A DNA stretch of 64,000 nucleotides, taken from positions 103,230,001-103,294,000 of the forward strand of contig NC_042998.1 in NCBI RefSeq assembly GCF_006345805.1, read 5' to 3'. The translations under genes and the position numbers were made by a program. This document shows, in pieces, positions 51,328-63,309 of the stretch. The DNA comes from Octopus sinensis (Eukaryota). Numbering within the stretch: position 1 is the stretch's first letter; every line of letters begins with the position of its first letter. The notes below the pieces were generated by a model that was not told the DNA's origin, did not search any database, and worked only from the letters and a program-made list of their open reading frames with translations.

Positions 51328-52169
51328 TCTATATCCCTCTCTCCCCTCTCTTTCTCTCTCTCTCCTCTCTCCGATTTTTTTGCTGACAACACCAAAATTT
51401 AAGCTTACAGTCAGTTCTACCTTGACAAAGCTGTACAGAAATCCATTATGAAATTATTTTTTCCTTTCCGCGTTTCGTCAATATTTCACTAGTTATCATA
51501 TACCTAAATTGAATCCGTTACTTCAACGAAGTTTGGTATTTGTGATAAATTTGTTGTAAGTAGAAAATTTTCCCTATCCCAAAAGTCCCGGTGTCGAAGC
51601 GTCCGATGTCAAACATTCCAGCGTCGGATCAGTGACGCCAGGAGGCAACACCACAAATTCTGCACCAAAACATCTCATACCCAATTTATTTGTCATTAAG
51701 AAAGCTTCAGTTCACACTACTAAGTATATCTGATAGAGTTGGCTAAAGAAATACACCTGAGAATGAGGATCTTTTCACTTTGACCGGCAGATTTAAAAAA
51801 TAATTTCTTTGTAACTAAACACTTTTAAACTTCGTATACTGGAAGAATGTGTCACATAAAACATCTTTTTCTCTTGGCGTTCTTGGGAACATTCTGTAGT
51901 TTGTGAGCTATTTCTTGTTTAATTTCTCGAATTTCGGCAATTTCAACCAATCAATGACGTCTATTAAGGTGAATACAATTACTGCTGTTTTTTGTCAACA
52001 AGTTCAACAAGAACTTCCGGCGGTGTATATTTCGTTTAAGAAACAGATTCAAATACAATAAAATAGATCGATACTCGGACCTGAGATTATCTATGCTCTT
52101 TATATATTAAATATGTAGTTAATTCATTTTATAACAACAAGAAGCAAGCCTGAGCAACAATATTTCGAG

Positions 52170-52290
52170 GAAGCCTGGCAATTATCCATGCATATATCTG
52201 CATGCATGTCTCCCTTCTCCCCACCACCAATATGTATCCAAAGGAAAGGCTGGTGACTTGGACCTATACAGCTTGGCATCGCAGGCGTTG
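52170..52290 (-). mobile_element. SINE family C fragment
   Basis: Similar to 28800-28900. Confidence 0.6.
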
Positions 52291-53714
52291 CTGTCAGAAT
52301 GCGAACAGCTGGATGATATATTGCAAGGCATCCTGATAGGTCCTCTTACAGTTGTACATATGCTCTGCACTGGATTGGTACAATTCTATGTATTTTCGAA
52401 TAATGAAAGACAATGTAAACTTCGGCGGATTTTGAACATGGAGTGTAGATAGTCGGAGCAAATACCGCAAAGCATCAACGTTCAAGAAACTTTGGCATTC
52501 GTCGAGCTTGAAGGTAAATAGTGCAAATTGCCATAGATACACTCACACACACACAAAAACGTATATACTTGTTTAAATAAATAGCATTGTAGAATCTGAG
52601 CATGATACTTTCTTGTTTTACTCCCTTTTTTTTTTTTGTAGATGCCCAAATTAAGAAGTAGATATAATATACAGTACTAGTAAATAGATTAAGAAATAAT
52701 AAAGAGAAGAAACTACATGATAACATTTTCAACGAATTCTCACATTACTTGGCAGACTGGCTGTGTTAAATGATATAACTGAACAACAGTCGTAATCTAC
52801 TTTTGAATCTCTTCGTTGGGTTTTGGTTCACAGATGGAAGATGAAGATTTGCTTAAAAGTACCCGACACTGTTAGACTTGTAATACATTTTAAGAGTGTC
52901 TGATCACATTTTAGTTGAAATATAATGAATGAGCTTCATCTCAGTAATAACAAATAGAACTTAGTGTGCAAAAGAAAAAAAAGAAAAACATTAATACCAC
53001 TTATCTGAAAACCAATATCTTTGTTTAACAGCTTCGTCATTCGAAGTAGTTATTTGTATTTCTTGACATTACTGAGATATTTAATTGTTTTCAATAATCT
53101 TGATTTTTTTATACGTATTTAAAACAAAAAATCTAATTCCAAGATTAATCATCTAAATACCGAGAAAAATATTATAAATGATATGTATAATCTTCCATAT
53201 AAATATCAACAATATGGCGGAGAAAAATAAGTCGGTGGAAAGTTCTGCATATGAGATGCAGTCATTGGGTATGTACCTAGTAGTTAGCCGATGAAGCACG
53301 ATTATGTACCTAGTTGTTAGCCGATGAAGCACGATCACTAACTGTGGCTACCTGACGTCGAACACGATATTTACACACTTGTTGCTGGATCTATCTCAGA
53401 AATTCCTGGGTGTTCCTGTGTATATAACAAATGATAGAGGCGGAAAATATAATATACGAGAAACTTTATTGCTCACAACGATAGTTTCGACCCATCCTGA
53501 TTCGATCTCACCTGCGTTCCCCTCCCTCTCTGGACTTAAGGAATCACAACAACTGTCATTGATGAAGCTCTTTTATTCCATCAGTTTCACTGTTACAAAC
53601 GTTTAACTTATCTCTACCTATCTATCTTCGATAACGGAATACTCAGCACATGGAGTCGTGGTTCCGCACGATTTTCCACCAGCTAGGATATCCCATTCTA
53701 TCGCTAAATTGGTG

Positions 53715-53925
53715 AAGGCGCATAGCTCAGTGGTTAGAGCGTCGGGTTTACAATCATGAGATAGTGAGTTCGATTCTCAGACCGGGCTGCATGCTGTGTT
53801 CTTGTACCGGCCTTTGACGTTCCCTTGGATAACATCAGTGGCGTAGAGAAGCATGTGCTTCGGAGGGGAACTTTTTAGGTATCCTCTCATGGTCATTCAT
53901 GACCGAAGGGTGTCTTTACCCTTTT
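53715..53925 (+). mobile_element. SINE family C, internally deleted
   Basis: aggcgcatagctcagtggttagagcg...gagttcgattc...ggtcattcatgaccgaaggg. Confidence 0.85.
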
Positions 53926-53962
53926 TATATAGCTAAATTAAATTAAATATCCTAGTCAAGTA

Positions 53963-54124
53963 TAGGCGTAGGAGAGGCTGTATGGTAAGTAGCTTGCTTA
54001 CCAACCACATGGTTCCGGGTTCAGGCCACTGTGTGGCACTTAGGGCAAGTGTCTTCTACTATAGCCTCAGGCCGACCAAAGCCTTGTGAGTGAATTTGGT
54101 AGACGTATATATGTATATATATAT

Positions 54125-54175
<51 letters not shown>

Positions 54176-54392
54176 TGTGTTTGTGTATGTGTGTTTGTTC
54201 CCCCAACATCGCTTGACAACCGATGCTGGTGTGTATACGTCTCCGTAACTTAGCGGTTCGGCAAAATAGACCGATAGAACAAGTACTAGGCTTACAAAGA
54301 ATAAGTCCTGGGGGCGATTCGCTCCACTAAAGGAGGTGCTCTAGCATGGCCACAGTCAAATGACTGAAACAGGTAAAAGAGTAAAAGAGTAA
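53963..54392 (+). mobile_element. SINE family B, full length
   Basis: Aligns to 13187-13582. Confidence 0.92.
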
Positions 54393-54423
54393 GTCTTAAT
54401 TTGTATACCTCTCCTTTTTACTA

Positions 54424-54454
<31 letters not shown>

Positions 54455-54455
54455 C

Positions 54456-54910
54456 ATGAGTTGCGCATGAAAAAGTAAGGAGGGATGTCAGGGAGGGAAT
54501 CGCTGTTACACTTCCAGATGAGAAGAGGCTTCCCATGATGCTGACATGCAGTGTCTGTGCAAGACCCTGCCTCAGTAAAGCTGGACTCAAGAGTCATCTT
54601 CGTAGTCATAAAGTGGGACAGATGAGTGACAACCTGGCCACTGGTTGTGGAGTTACACACCATAATAATCATATCTGTCAGGCATGTGGAAGAGAGTGTA
54701 ATTCAGCAGGAGGACTTAAACGACATGCAAAGGTACATGAAGCCCAGTTACAACTACAGCCGGCTATTACCGGTAAAGGTTTTAGCTGCCAATTCTGTAC
54801 AAGAGATTGTAGATCTTTAGCTGGGCTCAAAAGTCACATTCGATCACACCACCAATAACAGTTAAGCTTCGTGCAATGGCCATACTCGATATCGAGGGGG
54901 CAGCCATCAT
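54456..54910 (+). mobile_element. 5'-truncated RTE-type LINE 3' end encoding three C2H2 zinc fingers
   Basis: Open frame ~54460-54858: VAHEKVRRDVREG...CSVCARPCLSKAGLKSHLRSH...CQACGRECNSAGGLKRHAKVH...CQFCTRDCRSLAGLKSHIRSH*. Short 3' UTR with CTCG-atat-CGAG hairpin and catcat tail; inserted in (TA)n. Confidence 0.75.
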
Positions 54911-55784
54911 ATATATATATATATATATATAACTTTACTCAGGAGGTCGTAGCCCATGTCATACCATTTTGGAATCAGGCTCACTCCGTCAGTAAATTAA
55001 AAACATACCGAGCCGAATCAGGACCTGCGATCCTGAAATTTGGGATTCCCAAGTTTTCATTACTGCGAGTGAGAAAGAGAAAATGAGAGGGCAAAAGAGA
55101 GAGAGATGTCCAACATAAATGTACTCAGAATATTGTAAAAGCTTTTTATTTTATTTTGTTTATGTTTTCATTGTATAGTGAAAAATGGGGTACTTTATTT
55201 AGGTGGGGATAATAGGTACAGATTGGTGAATTGGGACAGTGAAAAAACGAAAATTAAAATGTCAGATTAGTAAGAGCTTTGGTCTGCTGACCGATGTGAT
55301 GCCCCTGGAGGATAGAGAATGTGTAAGATCAATCACCAAGCTATCCATTTACTCCACCCCCAAATCACTGTATTTCATTCAGAAACGACTGTGTAAACAT
55401 TGAACATTACTGTTATTTTCTTCATTAAAATACTTTCGTTGCTATTGAATTTATAAGGCTATTACAGTAAATTATAAAAGCGTGTTCCTTTAACATTTTC
55501 TTGCTGAATTATTGCTGCACTTATCTACACTGATCTATTCTTCATTGATTTATACATTTGGGAAATTTACACTAATTAAGTGATCATTTGATTGAAGAAA
55601 CTGTTATACTGTGTGCTTGATTAATAGGCTAGACTTTAATCTGTGTCAAGTTAGACAAAGTGCCAATTTTAATCTAAAAGACAGACATTACGTAGCAGTA
55701 ACTGATAAACTGGCGTTTAGTTCCTTTTAGAGTAGACTTTGACAGATCTCCTGTTACACCTACTTTGACAAAAGTCCTCTAGTC

Positions 55785-56215
55785 TGCAGGCGTGGCCGTG
55801 TGGTTGAGACGGTTGCTTCGCAACAATGTGGTTTTGAGATCAGTCTCACTGCGCGGCACCTTGGGTAAGTGTTTTTTGCCATAGATCCTAAGAAACTAAA
55901 GACTTTTGATGGATATAGTAGACGGAAATTGAAAGAAGCCCTAAGTATATTGTGTGTGTGTGCGTGTCTCTGCACGCGTTTATGTGTGTATGTGACTCTG
56001 CACGTGTTTATGTTTGTCCCCTCAACACGCTTGACAACCACTATTGATTTTTGAAATCCCAGTAACTAAGCGGTACAGCAAAAGTGTTCGATAGAAAAAC
56101 TGTCAGTCTTAAAATAAAAGTGCTAAGGCTGATCTGCATGACTAAACCCTTCACAGCAGTGTCCTAGCATGGGCAAAGTATGGCTGCAGTCGAAAGACTA
56201 AAAGCAGATAAAAAT
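55785..56215 (+). mobile_element. SINE family B, degenerate
   Basis: gcaggcgtggccgtgtggttgag...gtagacggaaattgaaagaagcc...cgcttgacaacc. Confidence 0.8.
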
Positions 56216-56571
56216 ATAAGATAAGTTAGAAAATGCTATCATATTGTGCAAACAACCAAATGGATGCTAGCTTGCTGTTTGAAGGACCAACATAAAGTGG
56301 GTTATGTCTCTTGAGAACCGAATACAGAAATTAGCTTTAATTCCTCATTCAATATATTTCATTTACTTATGTTGTTTATGTCTTTTAGAAAGGTAGGAAG
56401 GAGGCAATTTGCTTTAACTTTTTACCGTAAGATTTATTACGTTAATTCAGAGCAAATACTCCGTTTTTATCCCCATCTTTCTCTCTCGATATCTTTATCT
56501 CCATTTACGTTTCTCCGTCTCTCTCCTCTCTCTGCCTTTCTTTACTACCTTTACACACCTCTCTCTTTCTT

Positions 56572-56607
<36 letters not shown>

Positions 56608-56789
56608 TTTATCCCTAATTTCCTACGTCCTTCTCTCTTATCCTCTTCATCTCATTCCCACTTACATTTCTTTGTCTCGTCTCTCTTTTTCTCAGCTTTT
56701 CTTGAGTGCCTTTACCTCCCCCGCTCTCTGCATATATGTTTCTATTTCTTTCTACTCTCTTTCTCTTCCTGTCTTAGTAGCATGGACCT

Positions 56790-58100
56790 CAGCAAAGTTC
56801 ATTAGCAAAATCAATTAAGTCAAATGCAATATTACCTTTAAACTATACAAAACCTAGCTGTTTCAAGAAATTAAAACGATGCTCTTTGGTTAAACTTTGT
56901 CAAAGGATCACCACCAAACACTCTAATTTCGGAGACCCTTAAGATCTTTGGTTTTCACCGAACCATGGCTCAAATTGAAAGACAAAGGTACAAATTCATT
57001 CGTTTGCATGCCTTGAATAAACTACCCATGGAGTTACTAGACAGTATATTCAAAGAGGAGACAAAAACACAAGGTGAAAAAGAAACCAGGTGCTCAATGG
57101 AATCGGAGAAGAGTCAGGATGATGCTGTGAGAGAGGGAACACCACAAAACAGACATCATCACTCTGGACAACTGTGGGTTCAAGGAGAAAAAAAACAACA
57201 GCAAAGTAAATTTCCACCAGGAAAAAAAGAAGCTAAAGATGAAGATGAAGGCAAGAACAAGCAAACAAGCTGTGGATGGCGATAAGTTCAAGGCGATCCT
57301 CAAAACAATAAGAAGTAAAACCTTCGAAGACAATGGCTCCGAAATAAAAGTGTCCAAATAGTCTGTAATTGCTATACAAAGGATACCTATTGACATATAG
57401 ACATCTCAAGTCTAGTGGGAGCGGTACGCATTTTGCTTGCCCTAAGGCCAGAAATGATTGACCGTGAGGAGATAACTCCACCAGGATGAATGAAGACACA
57501 AACCCACGTCACAAAATACGATACCTCTACCTTAGAAATATGTGGATTCCGCACACACTTTCCTCTTAACAGGAAAAATATGTAGACGCGGTGCCGACAG
57601 CAGCTACTGAACAGCAATCTGTTTTGTTGATAGCACAGAGGATTGTAAGACAACTGACCTGGTTCCATCAGACACTGAGTTTTAGAAATACGTCCCAGCA
57701 CTCAAGATCCAGTGTGGCCACTTTTGCCGCCTCTACGAATGTCAAACCACTGGCCATTTCTGATACCCTATATGTCACTCTAGTATTCTTGTTGGATGTT
57801 AGCGACCTTATATCTCACAAACACAAATCCCCATCACTGAAAGACTAAGATACATGTAATCATACAATATTCACGGCACTAACAGAAACGCACCTGAACG
57901 CTGATATATCTGATGCTGAGACAGACACATCAAAATATCCTGCATTTCGAACAGGCAGGAGAGAAAGAATTCACGATGGAGTGGAAATGTGCATCTGGGA
58001 AGATATCACGCTTGTACTCCTGCTGTCACACCCAAACTCAGTCTGTGACACTCTAATAGTACACATTAAACATACCAAAACAGTAATATATGGTTTTGGA
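56790..58100 (+). mobile_element. CR1-like LINE 5' region (ORF1 remnant and start of APE endonuclease), degenerate
   Basis: FTALTETHLNADISDAE at ~57870-57920 and RTGRRERIHDGV are APE motifs; upstream Cys/His remnants; pyrimidine-rich leader. Confidence 0.65.
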
Positions 58101-58737
58101 AAAACTAGCTGCTATTTCTAGAAGTTCGAACGATGATGGTAATTCGTAACTATTTCAGCGATGCTTCTCATTTTTTTCTTTATGACTGCCTATGAAATAG
58201 TTAAATTGGATTCTATTTTAATTGGTTTAGACGGCTGTCACACTCTTGACGAACTAAACAAAGCCATATCAAAGTGCGCCATCAGTTTTCATTCTTTATC
58301 CAGTAATTATGGTAAGCGGTTATTTTCAATGCTATTCTGATTAGTGATTTTCCACAGGCAACTAAGAGAATTTAAAGAAATTTGTAATGTTAGGAATAAA
58401 GTAGAGCGATCTCACTGTCTTGCTTTCGTCTGCACTATTCTCAGCTAAATAGAATTTACTTTAAGTAGTTACTTCCTATCGTTTTTATCATTAGCTCAGC
58501 ACGTGGAATGAGTAAACATTTCTCGGTTGAAGAAATTAGACTTTATTTATCACAAAATATTATGAATTTCATAACAAGTATGTGTAGCATGTCGGTTCTC
58601 TTCGTACATCTGTAAAATGTATTTTTCAATGTCGTCAATACCCAAAGTTTTAAATATTGTTTCGCATAGAATGAAGTGATTTGATAACACGTAACATAAC
58701 TTGGAAAAATAACTCAGGAAATATGTACAATAAGAAC

Positions 58738-58817
<80 letters not shown>

Positions 58818-58818
<1 letters not shown>

Positions 58819-59425
58819 TACCAGTCAATGTACGCCACTAGATCAGAAAGAATATAAGAGACGTCATGACAATATAGCAAGGATTGTCCATTGGAAACTT
58901 TGCAACAAGTATGGGCTTGACAGAACAAAAATGTTGTACGAACATAAACCCGAAGGCATCATCGAAAATGATAATGCAAAGATCCTACGGGATTTTATGA
59001 TTCAGTGCGACCATGAGATAGAGAGTAGGAAGCTGGACATAGTGTTAATTGAGAAAGAAAGAAAACTATGCCGGATCATAGATGTAGCATGCTCAGCTGA
59101 CAACAAGGTATGCGATAAGGAAGAAAGAAAAGTCGATAGATATGATACGTTAGCTTTGGAGGTTAAGCAGTTGTGGTCGATGCAAAAGTTGGTTGTAGTA
59201 CCAATAATTGTCAGAGCCCTGGGAACAGTAAGTAAAAATCTTAAGAAGTATATGGAACAAATAGGGGCTACAATAAGAGTGGAGCACTTGCAGAAAACAG
59301 CACTGCTTGGAACTGCTCGAATACTCCGGTTGGTACACGAAAAATAAGGAGTGTTACCTTAGTTCACTGGTAGTGAACAGCTGACACCGTAGTACATCTC
59401 CAGCGTCAGAAGCTGTGCAAGACAA
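58818..59425 (+). mobile_element. R4/Dong-type LINE 3' end (REL endonuclease)
   Basis: SQCTPLDQKEYKRRHD...YEHKPEG...KLDIVLI...IIDVAC...PIIVRALG...LQKTALLGTARILR; preceded by (TAA)n. Confidence 0.9.
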
Positions 59426-59449
59426 TTAATAATAATAATGATAATAATA

Positions 59450-59660
59450 ATGCAGAGATATACACAAATGGTTGAAGATTGAAATAGAATTTCCTGTAGA
59501 GCTTCTACAGAAAATTTGCCTCTTAGGGATAGAAAAGATTATCAGGGGTGTTCTAAGCACTTGGAAGACTATTGAAAACTTGTGGATACCTAAGGTTACA
59601 GGTAGTAACCCACAACCCAAATAAATCCTTCCAGGAATAGGTCAGAACCTGAGTCAAATC
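59450..59660 (+). mobile_element. R4/Dong-type LINE extreme 3' fragment
   Basis: WLKIEIEFPVELLQKICLLGIEKIIRGVLS plus 3' UTR, between (TAA)n tracts. Confidence 0.7.
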
Positions 59661-59712
59661 AATAATGATAATGGTGATGAGGATAATAATAATAATAATC
59701 ATAATAATAATA

Positions 59713-59826
<114 letters not shown>

Positions 59827-60109
59827 CGAAGTTACAAAACGTGTGATTTTACTATATATCATCCAATTATTTGGTCCAAGAATCTTCCGAGGAACGACGG
59901 GTTATATTCTTCCATGTGGTTACGAAGACATGTAGCTTTTAATTTGTCACATGAACACCTAGACTTCAGACATTTCTGTGTGTTAACTGAAATAATGAAT
60001 TTAAAAGTTTCATTAGTAGTAGAAAAAAATCATATAATACAGAAAACAGAATTTTGGTTTCCATCCATTCAGAAACAAATGATTGTACCTGAATTATTAT
60101 TCAGTAGTT

Positions 60110-62692
60110 TTATTTTTATAGCGTGCTTTCACTTCACTACCGAGCGCAGCTCTGTGTGCCTTGGGTATGTGCTGTGATTTGTTGTGATGCTCTGATGGTT
60201 ATTGTATGGAAAGTGTTCTGCGTAGGATGTGTGCAGTGCCTAGTAGTGCAATTTTCTGTATGTTATATGTGTTTGTAAGTCCTGGTGTTTTTGTTAAGTA
60301 TTTGTCTGAATATTTTTTTATCATGCCTAATGCACCTACTATGATAGGAATTGTTTCTGTTTTCAGATTCCACATTCTAGTTACCTCTATTTCCAGGTCT
60401 TTATATTTTGAGAGTTTCTCCATTTCTTTTAGAGACACGTTGTCATCTGCCGGTATTGATACATCAATTAGAAAGCATTTTTTTTCTTCATGATCTCTGA
60501 CAACTATATCTGGTCTGTTGGCCTTAATTTCTCTATCTGTGTGTATCGGCATATCCCAGAGTATGGTTGCTTTCTCGTTTTCTGTGACCTTTTCTGGTGT
60601 GTGCCTATACCATCTTTTTTCTGTTGTTATTCCATAATGTTGGCATAGCTTCCAATGTATGTAGGCTCCAACTCTGTCATGTCTGTGAATATATTCCTTC
60701 TTAGCCAGGACTGGGCAGCTAGAGATAATATGATTTATTGTTTCTTGTCCATCTCCACATATTCTGCAGTTACTTGTAATATTTCTTTTCATTACATGTT
60801 TTTGGTAATTTCTGGTGGGGAGGCTTTGGTCTTGTGCTGCAATTAAAAATCCCTCTGTTTCTGCTTTGAGTCCTGAGCTTTTCAACCATTGCTGGGATTT
60901 TTCTTTGTCTATTTCTTTTGCGTTTAGTTTAGTGCAGTATTTACCATGAAGGGGCTTTTCTTGCCATCGTTTTATCATGGTTCGTTGCTGTTCTATTTTT
61001 AGTTCGGATTTCATTTGTTTTATAGCTTTTGTTGTTACTTCATCTTCTTCTTCTTCTTCTTCATGTTTATTAGGTGGTATGATTTCTTGTTTGTATTTGT
61101 CAGCTTCCTTAAATACTGAGAACAGTTTTTTGTTTTGCTCGTGTTTTGCTGCTATCTGGATCAGTTTTCCTTCCTTCTGAAGTAGATATTTTTGCAGTCC
61201 TATGGTGGTTATTTTATAGTAGTTTTCCAGCTGTATAAGGCCTCTACCACCTTCTATACGTTGTATATATAGTCTTTCTATGTCAGATTTTGGGTGATGC
61301 ATCCTTGATCCTGTCATTATTTTTCTTGTTTTCCTATCTATTTTGGACAGTTCATTTCGTGTCCAGTTAAGGATATTGTAGCTGTAACTTATAACTGGGA
61401 CAGCTAAAGTGTTGATACCTATTATCTTGTTTTTAGCATTGAGCTCTGCGTTTAGTATTGATCTAACTCGTCTATAATATTCTTTTTTTATTTTCTCTTT
61501 CATTTGTGTGTGTTGTGTCTTATCTAGTTCATGGATTCCTAAATATTTGTAAGTTTGGCTTTGGTCTAATTCTTTTATTTCATTGGTTTTATCTAGTGTG
61601 ATGTTGTTACTCTTAACTAGTTTTCCTCTTTTCATGGTTACTTTGGCGCATTTTTCTAATCCAAATTTCATATCTATTTCTTTGGTAAATCCATGAACTG
61701 TCTTTAATAGTGTTTCCAGCTGTTTGTCATTTGCAGCGTATAGTTTTAGGTCATCCATATATAAAAGGTGGCTGATCGTTTTGCCGTAACATTTATATCC
61801 GCATCCAGTTCTATTTAGCATATCAGATAGAGGTGACAGTGCCAAGCAGAAAAGGAGTGGAGAGAGCGTGTCTCCCTGGAATATTCCTCTTCTAATGGGG
61901 ATGTCTTTGGTTTTCATGAGTCCCTCTTTTGTTTGGAGCTGTAGGACTGTCTGCCATTTATTCATAGAGTGCTCTATGAATTTTATGACTGTTGGTGCTA
62001 CTTTGTTAATGGCTAGTGTTTCGAGGATCCATGTGTGGGGGATGCTATCAAACGCCTTTTTGTAGTCAATCCAGGCCATACTGAGGCCTTTCTTCTTTCT
62101 GTGGCTGTCTTCAGTTACGGCTTTATTAATCATTAGTTGATCTTTACAGCCATATGAGCCTTTGCGGCATCCTTTCTGCTCTTCTGGGAACAGTTTGTTT
62201 TCGTCCAGGTGCTTGTTCAGCCTTTGCGATATCACTGCAGTAAATGCCTTGAACATAGTAGGGAGGCAGGTTATTGGTCTGTAGTTTTCTGGTTTTGCTG
62301 TTTCAATTGATTTGGGAATTAAGATGGTTTTCCCCTTCGTGAGCCATTCAGGCATTGTCTTTGGCTCTGCTAGTATGCTGTTAAAGTTTTCAGCCAGCTT
62401 TTTGTGCATTCCTGTTAGATATTTCAACCAGAAGTTGGGGATCTTGTCATGCCCAGGTGCCTTCCAGTTGCTTAGTTTTTGCAGTGCCTGGGTGACCTCT
62501 TCAGTTGTTATGGGGGTCCAAAGTTGTTCAGATGCCGAGTTTGTTATTTTGATACTCCTTTTTTTTGGCTGTTCGTTCGCCGACCATATTTCTCTCCAGA
62601 ATTCTTCCAATTCTTCTGCCGTTGGTGCTGCAGTGACTTCTATTTTATTTTTGCCCAGTTCTTGGTAGAACTTTTTGGGGTTGGAGTTGAAC

Positions 62693-62697
<5 letters not shown>
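60110..62697 (-). mobile_element. Young, 5'-truncated R4/Dong-type non-LTR retrotransposon
   Basis: Uninterrupted ORF plus ~90-bp 3' UTR; the 5' end abuts (AAT)n at 62698-62770. Confidence 0.93.
60199..62610 (-). CDS. Reverse transcriptase + CCHC knuckle + restriction-like endonuclease polyprotein (5'-truncated; frame open to at least ~62697)
   Basis: 803 aa: NWKAPG, YRPITCL, EQKGCR, WIDYKKAFDS, GIFQGDTLSP, YMDD, CRICG..ETINHIISSC, RPDIVV..IDVSIP..EK..KY. Confidence 0.93.
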   Translation of the reverse strand: MEEFWREIWSANEQPKKRSIKITNSASEQLWTPITTEEVTQALQKLSNWKAPGHDKIPNFWLKYLTGMHKKLAENFNSILAEPKTMPEWLTKGKTILIPKSIETAKPENYRPITCLPTMFKAFTAVISQRLNKHLDENKLFPEEQKGCRKGSYGCKDQLMINKAVTEDSHRKKKGLSMAWIDYKKAFDSIPHTWILETLAINKVAPTVIKFIEHSMNKWQTVLQLQTKEGLMKTKDIPIRRGIFQGDTLSPLLFCLALSPLSDMLNRTGCGYKCYGKTISHLLYMDDLKLYAANDKQLETLLKTVHGFTKEIDMKFGLEKCAKVTMKRGKLVKSNNITLDKTNEIKELDQSQTYKYLGIHELDKTQHTQMKEKIKKEYYRRVRSILNAELNAKNKIIGINTLAVPVISYSYNILNWTRNELSKIDRKTRKIMTGSRMHHPKSDIERLYIQRIEGGRGLIQLENYYKITTIGLQKYLLQKEGKLIQIAAKHEQNKKLFSVFKEADKYKQEIIPPNKHEEEEEEDEVTTKAIKQMKSELKIEQQRTMIKRWQEKPLHGKYCTKLNAKEIDKEKSQQWLKSSGLKAETEGFLIAAQDQSLPTRNYQKHVMKRNITSNCRICGDGQETINHIISSCPVLAKKEYIHRHDRVGAYIHWKLCQHYGITTEKRWYRHTPEKVTENEKATILWDMPIHTDREIKANRPDIVVRDHEEKKCFLIDVSIPADDNVSLKEMEKLSKYKDLEIEVTRMWNLKTETIPIIVGALGMIKKYSDKYLTKTPGLTNTYNIQKIALLGTAHILRRTLSIQ

Positions 62698-62771
<74 letters not shown>

Positions 62772-62773
<2 letters not shown>

Positions 62774-63179
62774 GTTTGACTTTTGCTTTATGTCTGTACA
62801 AGTTTGCTCCAAGTCTCACCCAGAGACCTCAAGAGACAACAGGTTGGAAGTTCACGTTGTTGTTATGCCTACTGTGCCATATATTTGAGGTTTTTTGTGT
62901 TGTACTGGTGAATGTCTAATACAAAAAAAAAACTTTTGTTTTAAACCTTGGGATTACATAGAGAGTATTTTGCATAGGATATGAGCAGTTCCCATGAGCA
63001 CTATCTTTTGAATTTCTGCCATTTTTGGGTTTCCTGGTATCTGAGTTAGGTAGCAATTAGTCCCTTTCGCTATCATTCCCAGGGCACCTATGACAACAGG
63101 TATTGTTTTAGTCTTCAGCTTCCACATTTTGCTGATTTCTATTTCAAGATCTTTATATTTGCTCAGTTTTTGGTAGGTC

Positions 63180-63180
<1 letters not shown>
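62772..63180 (-). mobile_element. R4/Dong-type LINE 3' end
   Basis: Minus strand KLSKYKDLEIEISKMWKLKTKTIPVVIGALGMI...IQKIVLMGTAHILCKILSM* plus 3' UTR; between (TTA)n tracts. Confidence 0.9.
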
Positions 63181-63230
<50 letters not shown>

Positions 63231-63250
63231 TATTATTATTATCATCATCA

Positions 63251-63306
<56 letters not shown>

Positions 63307-63309
63307 TAC

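Noticed and set aside
54535-54858. Host C2H2 zinc-finger gene exon
   Set aside because: No TGEKP linkers or clear splice sites; it has an RTE-like 3' end and sits in (TA)n, so it is treated as retroelement-derived.
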